64,000 bases of DNA from Takakia lepidozioides (taxonomy: Eukaryota; Plantae; Bryophyta). The stretch lies in the NCBI GenBank assembly GCA_030704615.1, contig CM060731.1, forward strand, positions 95,170,001-95,234,000, in the 5' to 3' direction. Of this stretch, positions 56,501 through 64,000 are shown piece after piece; position 1 is the first letter of the stretch, and every line of letters starts with the position of its first letter. Below the pieces are notes generated by a model. The model had not been told where the DNA came from and searched no databases. It saw only the letters and a program-made list of their open reading frames with translations. Both the position numbers and the translations under genes were made by a program.

Positions 56501-58800
56501 GAGTACACCAAGATATCGTCGATGTACACGATCACAAAGTCATCCAACCACTCCTGAAAGAGGCAGTTCATCAGGGTGCTAAAGGCTGCTGGCACGTTGG
56601 TAAGCCCAAAAGTCATCCCCAAAATTTGTATGAGCCATACCTTGTCGTGCATGCTGTCTTTTCCTCATCTCCTTCCGCTATCCGGATCTGGTGGTAACCC
56701 GAACGTAAATCGATAAGGCTGAAATACATTGCTTCTACCAACCGATCAAAGAGGTCGTCGATCCTTGGCAAAGGGTACCGGTTTTTTATAGTTACTTTAT
56801 TCATAGCCCTGTAATCGACACACATCCGCAGCGTCCCATCCTTCTTATTTACGAATAGTACTGGGGCTCCGTAAGGTGACTTACTTGGCCAAATGTACCC
56901 CTTTGCCACTAGATCCTTGAGCTGGACCTTCAACTCGACCAATTTTCTGTGGCTGAACCGGTAGGGCGCCTTGGCAGGCGGCTCCAATCCCGGTATCACC
57001 TCTATCTCGTGGTCAACTCTTCTTCGCGGTGGCAAGCCGCTTGGTAAATCCTCCGGCATCACATCCTGGTATTTCTCCAGGATCCCCTTGATCCAATCTA
57101 GGCTCGGCTCCCTATCGACTTCTTCTTCCACTTGTCTCACATAAAGCAAAAACTGGGGCTCGTGTGGCTCCTCCACGGCCCACTCCTTTGCTGTCAGCAG
57201 GTTTATTTGCCCTCCCACTCGGTTGGGCGTTTCCGACACCCGTAAAACTTTGCCACCATTCCCACACGGTAGCGTGACTACTCTCTTGCGGCCATCTATG
57301 ACCGCTCCAGATTTTCCTCAAAAATGTCATCCCCAAAATGAGATCCACTCCATCGATCTCGCAAATGGTGAAGTTCTCACGTCCCTCCCAACTCCCCGGC
57401 TGAAGAGGAACATCGAATGCCAACCTCGTCGCCAGTTGTGGTTCTCGTTTGGCAGAACGCACTTCAATAGAGGCCCCCACATCACTTGTCAGGAGCCCCA
57501 GCTTCCGTGCCGTTGCCGGTGTCATGAAGGAGTGCGACGCTCCTGTGTCCACCAACAACGACACGTTAGTTCCGGAAATTATCCCGCTCACGAACATTAA
57601 CTGACTCCCTTTACATAAGGCTCCAGTCTCCTGATACAACTCACAAGAGTAGTTGCCTACCTTGCAAGTCTTGGCGACCACCGCCTCCACCAAGCGGCTG
57701 ATGGAATCTTCGGACAGCTCCGTGGTCGCCCGAATCATGTTCAATTGTCAGGGTTTTGCGCACTTTTTGGCCATGTGCCCGGGCTCCCCGCAATTAAAGC
57801 ACACTCCATTGAAGGTCGTTTTTTGTCCGCCATAAGTCGCCGCACCTGATTTTCCTTTCGGAGCACCGGGTGTCGCCTTAACATGTGAAGGCCCTCCCTT
57901 CGATTTCCATGTGCCATTGTTACCGCGTGGCCTATCCCACTTCTTTTCCGGTCGGAAAGAGTCACCCTCCCACCGGACCTTCTTGTGGTTCAGCTCCTTA
58001 CGGCCTTGTCTTTTGCCCCTAGGGACATCCGAGAAGCATTCAACCCTTTCAATTGCCTCGTTCAAAGTCTTAGGTGGCTTCTCCTCCAACTTCCGCCTGG
58101 CCCACGGGGCCAGTCCCGCCACAAAGTTGAAGACCATTTCTGGTTCCACCATATCTGCGACTTCGAACAATAGCACATTGAAAGCCTGAACATATCCCCG
58201 AATGTCATCTGTTTGCTTCAAGCTCCTCATCTTGTCCCGGGCGAGCCAGGACGCGTTGAGGGGCACGAACTGTCTTTTCATAAGTTCCTTGAACCCACTC
58301 CAGCTCAAGGTTTCTGGGTTTGGCCCTTGGTCATGAAGGCGCTTTTGCCACCATTGTTGAGCATAGCCCCTCAAATAGGTGGGGGCCACTTCCAGCCGAT
58401 CCTCGCACGCAACTTGGCCGCCAAGAGCCAGGTGTTGAGTGCCTTCTGATTTTGGACGCCCTCGAAGGTGTCGGGTTCCTTAGGCTTTACCTTAAACTTT
58501 TCCTTAGTGGAAGTGGCATTAGCCGCCCTCATCACGTCTTTCAACGTCCCGCCAAATTGCGCCAAGAACCCTTCCCAAAAGGCTGCTGGCATGGGAGGCA
58601 TCTGTTGTCTGGCAGAGCCTCTGGGAAGTCCTTGGGCTCCGACTCCCCAAATTCCTCCCGTTCTTGAGTGACCTCGCTTCCAGAAGCATAAATCGCCTCT
58701 TCCATTTGCCGCTTCGGTGACATGTCGCCCCCATCGGGCTCACCAAGATCATCGTCTTTCGGGCCGTTCCGCTTTTGCTTTGTCTTGGCTGACCCCATGG
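53546..58800 (-). pseudogene. gag-pol: gag-pol of the chromovirus (frameshifted): Gag with CCHC knuckle, protease, RT, RNase H, integrase and C-terminal chromodomain
   Basis: CFNCGEPGHMAKKC; LLVDTGASHSFM; [21 protein letters not shown]; TDASDFAIGGVL; SMDFMT, SDRDPKF; YEVEAVLKSR..EYLVKWKGY..ATW. Confidence 0.93.
54100..54825 (+). mobile_element. Solo LTR of a related chromovirus, inserted in the opposite orientation inside the integrase; TSD CCGTT
   Basis: TG...CA, 726 bp, with reverse-complement homology to the host LTRs. CCGTT at 54095-54099 and 54826-54830. Confidence 0.92.
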
Positions 58801-58826
58801 TGAGGCCGATCCGTACTGAACTCTAA

Positions 58827-58838
58827 GCTCTGATACCA
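58827..58838 (-). promoter_or_regulatory. Primer-binding site complementary to the 3' end of initiator tRNA-Met
   Basis: TGGTATCAGAGC on the minus strand, 2 nt inside the 5' LTR. Confidence 0.93.
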
Positions 58839-58840
58839 AG

Positions 58841-59565
58841 TGTCACGCACCTCACTTTGGTAAACTCCCCTTCACGTCATAGTTACTTGCTTTGATGCAC
58901 GCGCCTAACTCCCAAACCGGCCGCCGGGCCAACTCGGAGCTTCGGCTGCTCGCTGGGGCATAACGGTCCCCCTCACACTCCCACTCGACCCTCGACCTAT
59001 CGGGCTCAGTGGAAATTCCCTTAGGTAGATGGCAGTCCGGAACAGCTCCCCACACCTTGGTCGCTTTCCGGCTCGCACGCTTACTCACTAGTTTTTGGTC
59101 ACCAATGGGCTTGCACCGTTCTCGGGGTTACTACTCCCTATATACTTCTGTAGGTGTTTGCAGGGGGTTCCACAAGTAGCACGGTCCAAATCTGGTGCAC
59201 CACCACTTAGACCCTCGATCGTCCCATTGGTGAGCCGTGGTGAGTCTTGGCCCACCCACCACGGCCCCAATGGACCGTGGTGAGTCCCAAGACTCCCCAC
59301 GACTCCCACCACAAGGCCTTAGCCTCATGGTGAGTCCTATGCCACTCCCACTACGACTCCCTACGCTACCACCACCCCTCGTGGAGCCCCCACCACTGCC
59401 ACCCGGTTTGCGGGGCTCCACCTAGTGAGCGCCACCGCCTCCTTGTGTGCCTTCGGCACTCAAGGGTGCTTCAGCCCCCTTTCCTATTTGCTGCCATTGC
59501 CCCTACCACAGGGGCAGCCCCTCTTGCCTCTCGACCCCCCGCCCTCAAGGCAAAGGGCCACGACA
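58841..59565 (-). repeat. 5' LTR of the chromovirus
   Basis: TG...CA termini, adjacent PBS and adjacent TSD. Confidence 0.93.
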
Positions 59566-59649
59566 GACCCCCTGCCAAAAAACCCGTCACAGTGGGCCAC
59601 GCCCCGTCGTTGGCTCTGGCGACCCTGCCCACACAAACCCCCAACAGGG

Positions 59650-60525
59650 GGCCACTACAGCTTTGCATGTAACAAGCATCTACTGTTCATCTTTCCTCCT
59701 TCACCGTGCTCTCCATCCTTGCTCTCCGCCTGATCTCCTCTCATGCATGTCCAAGAAGCGCTCCCCGTGAAGTGATCCCTCCTTCGTTGCTGCTCTCCCT
59801 CATCTACATGCAAGCTGTTCTAACCACCTAACTAACTAACTGTCACCCCAAGAAGTAACACGTTTCCCCTGCAGATATCGTTCCCACACAGTCGTTCCCT
59901 ACCAATGATAATTGTTCCATATGTACGATGTGACCGGTTGTGCCAAATTGTGTCGGGCTGTGACTGTGCCAAGCTGTGACTGGCTGTGTCGGACTGTGAT
60001 TGGCTGTGTGAAACTGTGTGAAGCTGTGTCGGGTTGTGTCGTGCTGTGTCTGACTGTGCGAAGCTGTGTCGAGCTATGATAGACTGTGATGGGCTGTGAC
60101 TGGCTGTGTGAGGCTGTGTAAGCCTGTCTACCCCCCCCCCCCCCCTCCTAAAGCCTGTGCATGTCACCCCTAAGGCCTTTGTTGGTCTAAGTCTACCATC
60201 CGTAAGTCTGCGCAAAAAGTAAGGGTACCCCACAGAACCCGTAAAAGCGTCTAAGTCCCAAACAGCCCTCTAACATTACCCCTCCCCCTCTCAAAAAGCC
60301 GTGTCCTCATGGTTTACTGCTTAGGATCAGCAAACCTTTGTGAGCGAGCACCCTTCTGACAGTGAGAGTCTCTTGAAGGGCTCTGTGTGCGAGCTCGAGC
60401 CCTGTCACTGGCTGATGGAGGTGATTGAGCACCAAATGGAAATGTCTGACCCGCCTGTGGTTGATAACGAGGTAACCTCTCAGGCATAGGAGATCCCCGT
60501 CGTTTTCTCTTTCCCCCTTCATGCC
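59650..60525 (-). mobile_element. 3' fragment (3' internal region, PPT, part of LTR) of the non-chromovirus gypsy family
   Basis: Reverse complement aligns with 36890-37560 (tgaggacacggctttttgaga...ggggtaatg; cacagcc repeats). LTR start at 60275; left boundary approximate. Confidence 0.75.
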
Positions 60526-60529
60526 ACCT

Positions 60530-60674
60530 TATGATGGCTGGGCGTCGTAATGATGTTGCAGCGAGGGATTGCGACGCCGGGACGTCGCAAAAAAACGCCA
60601 TGGGCTCGGCGTCGCAGGGGCGTGGGCCGTGGGGGCGCGGCTGGCGTCGTAAACCCCCCCCATTTGCTGTAGTG
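60530..60674. mobile_element. Right end of a CACTA element
   Basis: ...cccccccatttgctgtagtg (reverse complement CACTACAGCAAATGGGGGGG), with a GCGAC-N8-GTCGC subterminal motif at ~60571. Confidence 0.7.
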
Positions 60675-60888
60675 TTCCACTTCCAGTACGAAACTCGCGT
60701 CTTAGCACATTGAGCTCATGGACATCCCCGGACCCCAAGTGGTACCTTATCATACCTATTGAAACAATCAGAATCTCCCCTCAACAGTGAGTCAACCGAG
60801 GACATAGTATCAGTCTGGCCAATGACAGATCTTGAAAAGAGAAGAAATGAGCTGCCATACTACGTGGGCAAACCTCTATAATCCCTAA

Positions 60889-62597
60889 CACATCAGGGTC
60901 TGATTTATCTGGTGAACAAGCCTTTGATAAGTGGCAGGATAGCAAGATGGTTAATAATCTTGCATGAGGTTGAATTCGAAGTTGTTTACAAGCCTAGCCG
61001 TTTGCATCTTGTGGCAGATCACTTGTCACGCCTAACAACAGGAGAGGCCGCCACGGGAGTAGAAGACCAATTACCTGATGCGAGTTTATTTGCAGTGGAG
61101 ATTCAAGGAAGTGCAGATGATTGGTTAGATTGGCAGTGGCCAATCAGATACTACCTTACTCATGGTCAGTGCTCACCTAGTTATGGAAAGGAGCAGAGGA
61201 AGAGAATAGCTATCAAGGCTTTACCTTACACTATGATAGGTGGTAGAATGTATAAGCTAGGACCTGATGGAGTTCTTAAACGATGCTTGTACCACCATGA
61301 AGTAAATAAAGTTTTGGAGGAAGTTCATAAGGGAGTGGCTGGAGGTCATTTTGGAGAAGAGACTACCAGTAGAAAGATACTACTTGCAGGTTACTGGTGG
61401 CCTACTTTGTTCAAGGATGTACACAAGTATTGCAAGAGTTGTGATGAGTGTCAGAGGCTAGGACCATTGCAGAGATATGGGAAGATGGCTTTGCATCCTA
61501 CGATGCCTACTGAACCATTTCAGAAATGGGGACTAGACTTTGTTGGACCAATTAATCCACCAGCCAGAAATACACAGAACAAGTATATAATCACAGCCAC
61601 GGATTATACTACAAAGTGGGTGGAAGCTAAGGCACTGAGGGACAACACAGCTAAGTCCACAGCAAGATTCTTGTATGAGAACATACTCACAAGATTTGGC
61701 TGTCCCCTAGAATTTAACAGTGACCAGGGAAGTCACTTCATTAATGAGACCATAGAACTATTAACTAAAGAGTTCATGATTGTGCACATGAAGAGTACAA
61801 CCTATTACCCACAGGGTAATGGGCAGGCAGAGGCCACCAACAAAATACTATGTACTATCTTGGCTAAGATAGTCAATGCAAAGAGAACAGATTGGGATAC
61901 AAAGCTGCTGACAGCTTTGTGGTCATACAAGACTTCATATAAAGTCACCACTAAGTATACACCATTCCAATTAGTTTATGGTATGGAAGCTTTACTTCCA
62001 GTGGAGTTTTTGTTACCTACCATGAGAACTAAATGGGGAAGGAGAATGGAATTGGAAGATTCAATTAAGGTCAGGAAACATGAATTATACCGTGTGGAAG
62101 AAGTATGTGCTGATGCAGCAGATAACATGACCAGAATTCAGATGAGGAGGAAAGATCAATTTCATGAAGGTAAATTAAAGATTTTTAAGATGAGAGATTT
62201 GGTACTATGGTTGCAGAAGAAGGGAAAGATTAAAGCTTCTAAGCTTAAATCACCATGGAAAGGACCTTATGTCATACAGAAGATGTATGATAACAACACA
62301 GCCATGTTACAAACCATTAACAAAGAGATGCTGGGAAGAATCAATGCCAATAAGTTGAAGGGATACAGTGGTATCCATGACAAACCATTGCGGCACGATT
62401 TGCATGTTGAAACACAGAAACAGTCACGGGCTGCACCGGTGATACCAACGGAGTATGGAGCACTTGTCATTAAGCCGAGTATGTATGGCCAGGGCGGAAG
62501 GTACAGATGTTCACATAGCTATCACAGCCCATCACAACATCACACAGCCTATCACAGCTCGTCACAGTCTGACACAGCCTATCACAGCCTAACATAG
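60889..62597 (+). CDS. pol: Gypsy pol 3' part (RNase H end plus integrase), second copy, 5'-truncated
   Basis: HQGLIYLVNKP..SGRIARW..., HHCC, DDE and GPY motifs. Highly similar to 31123-32824. Confidence 0.9.
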
Positions 62598-63170
62598 CCC
62601 ACGCGGGTTGCACAGTCCATAGGGTTAGTGACAGGTGGATGCGGGTTAACGTCAGAAAAGTGGCCGGCGGGTGAAAGAACAGCTTGGAAGTCAAACTCGG
62701 AGAGTGTGCCACGCGGACTGGGGAAGACGGAGGCATGTCTAAAAACGAACACGTGGCCACTAGGCCGAAGCACACCGCGGTGCATATATTGCAAAAGTGA
62801 GTGTCATCATGTAAGAGGACAAACTGGGCCGTCAAAGTACCTAACCGGTACAGTAGCCAAAACTATTTGTGGGCCCATTAATGCATTCAGGGTAAAAGTA
62901 ACGGAACCCTTCACGAGTACAGAAAAGGGGAACTTTTGCCACATATGCTGTCCTAGTGGACATTCCAGGTGGGAATGTCCACTGAGGGGGGTAAAATTAA
63001 GAAATTACGCAAGGAGGCAACAGCCAATCAGGAGCGAGAATTTCATGCAGGTGGTTCCCTCCAAGAAACAAGAAGAAGAAATTAGAAAAGTTATGAGCGG
63101 AAGAGTCGGGGTGACTCTGAATAACCAGTGTCTCGATGGGAGGGGCAATCATAGCTTTAGCTTTGTAGCT

Positions 63171-64000
63171 ATGGCGGATATTACAGATTATACGCTCACT
63201 TTACTTCTTACGCAGTGGCGCAAGGACGGACGGGTTGAGAGTACATTCTCTCTCACTCGATACTTGCAAGCCCCACAGGTTTACACGCACTTACCCGTTC
63301 CATTTTGTGCCAACCATACTTTTATGCTCTACGCCTTGCAAGCTTTCTTAGAGCTATTTCAAACAAGGCCATCTTGTTTGTCTGGAATGAAGAGAATTCG
63401 GGGAATGGAGGATGTCAGGGTGAAGAGCACCACGATTCTGCAGAAGCAGACAATTGCTATACCTCAGGCAGTGCAGCTGTGGAAGGAGTTGCGATTGGAG
63501 GGACTGCTACGCAAAGAATGGTCCTTGCATCATAGGGCATTCATGATACAATTCATTCAGAACTTTGAACCTCAGACGGGAGATACACAAGTGAGGGGAG
63601 TAGATATAGAGATTACTCCCCAATACTTGCAGCAATTGTTTGAATTGCCATCAGGCCGTGTAAATGTGGATGAGCACAGGGCAAGATTGCAGATAGATGA
63701 TTTGTTCCAAGAAGGGAGTTTCTTTAAGACTCAGGGATACACTTGCACCAAGGCCGAGTACCCAGGGTTAAAAGAAGTTGGTCAAGTTCTGAACATTTTG
63801 TTTGCCATGAAACAGAACCAACAATACCTTAGCAGATCATTCACGGAAGAGATACTGAAAGCCTTGAGGGGGGAAGATGTGGCTTGGGCGGACTTAATGT
63901 ACAATGGTTTGGTGGAAGAGATGAAGCGGTTACAAGGCACTACTGCTAAGTCTCCAATCGTTGTGACTGGCCCAGTGATTGCGCAAATTATTCTTGATTC
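63171..64000 (+). CDS. Additional ORF of the second gypsy copy (runs off the window)
   Basis: MADITDYTLTLLLTQW...MKRIRGMEDVRVKSTTILQKQ...AQIILDS is open to the window end and collinear with 33322-34150. Confidence 0.85.
   Translation, partial: MADITDYTLTLLLTQWRKDGRVESTFSLTRYLQAPQVYTHLPVPFCANHTFMLYALQAFLELFQTRPSCLSGMKRIRGMEDVRVKSTTILQKQTIAIPQAVQLWKELRLEGLLRKEWSLHHRAFMIQFIQNFEPQTGDTQVRGVDIEITPQYLQQLFELPSGRVNVDEHRARLQIDDLFQEGSFFKTQGYTCTKAEYPGLKEVGQVLNILFAMKQNQQYLSRSFTEEILKALRGEDVAWADLMYNGLVEEMKRLQGTTAKSPIVVTGPVIAQIILD

Larger units (their letters stand above)
51921..59565 (-). mobile_element. Full-length Ty3/gypsy chromovirus LTR retrotransposon (degenerate), 5-bp TSD GACCC
   Basis: LTRs at 58841-59565 and 51921-52638. 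GACCC at 51916-51920 and 59566-59570. PBS and PPT present. Domain order gag-PR-RT-RH-INT-chromodomain. Confidence 0.95.

Noticed and set aside
51372-60674. A single intact CACTA element spanning both termini
   Set aside because: The TIRs differ after CACTACA and the flanking 3-mers (GAT vs TTC) do not form a TSD. They are probably ends of different insertions.

Overview
Eukaryotic, repeat-dense (heterochromatin-like) DNA, most likely from a land plant and probably a non-seed plant. This is inferred from a PLS-class PPR-E/DYW gene, CACTA ends and a tRNA-Met-primed chromovirus. I found no intact host housekeeping gene. Left half (1-30.6 kb): a DNA-transposon region with a CACTA right end, several orphan ORFs, and an intron-containing, bacterial-type N4-cytosine/N6-adenine DNA methyltransferase remnant. 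It also holds a TIR-flanked FCP1/NIF HAD-phosphatase gene and a decayed Mutator-like transposase (GCM-like DNA-binding domain, DDE, SWIM), whose SWIM end occurs three times in the window. It ends in a >10 kb array of ~115-bp monomers, each carrying a perfect 40-bp hairpin and organised as a ~3.8-kb higher-order repeat, which runs into a 500-N gap. Right half: a non-chromovirus Ty3/gypsy family with a long conserved extra ORF (two copies plus a fragment) and a tandemly amplified PPR-DYW pseudogene. Next is a frameshifted Dualen/RandI-like LINE with an unusual domain string: 2A-like motif, APE, RT, chromodomain, PCIF1/CAPAM-like methyltransferase fold, RNase H, CCHC and RLE. Last come CACTA pieces and a full-length chromovirus (TSD GACCC) carrying an inverted solo LTR. 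The strongest candidates for something undescribed are the LINE with a chromodomain plus PCIF1-like domain, and the MULE / amino-methyltransferase / hairpin-array region. All domain calls come from motif recognition by eye; no database search was run.
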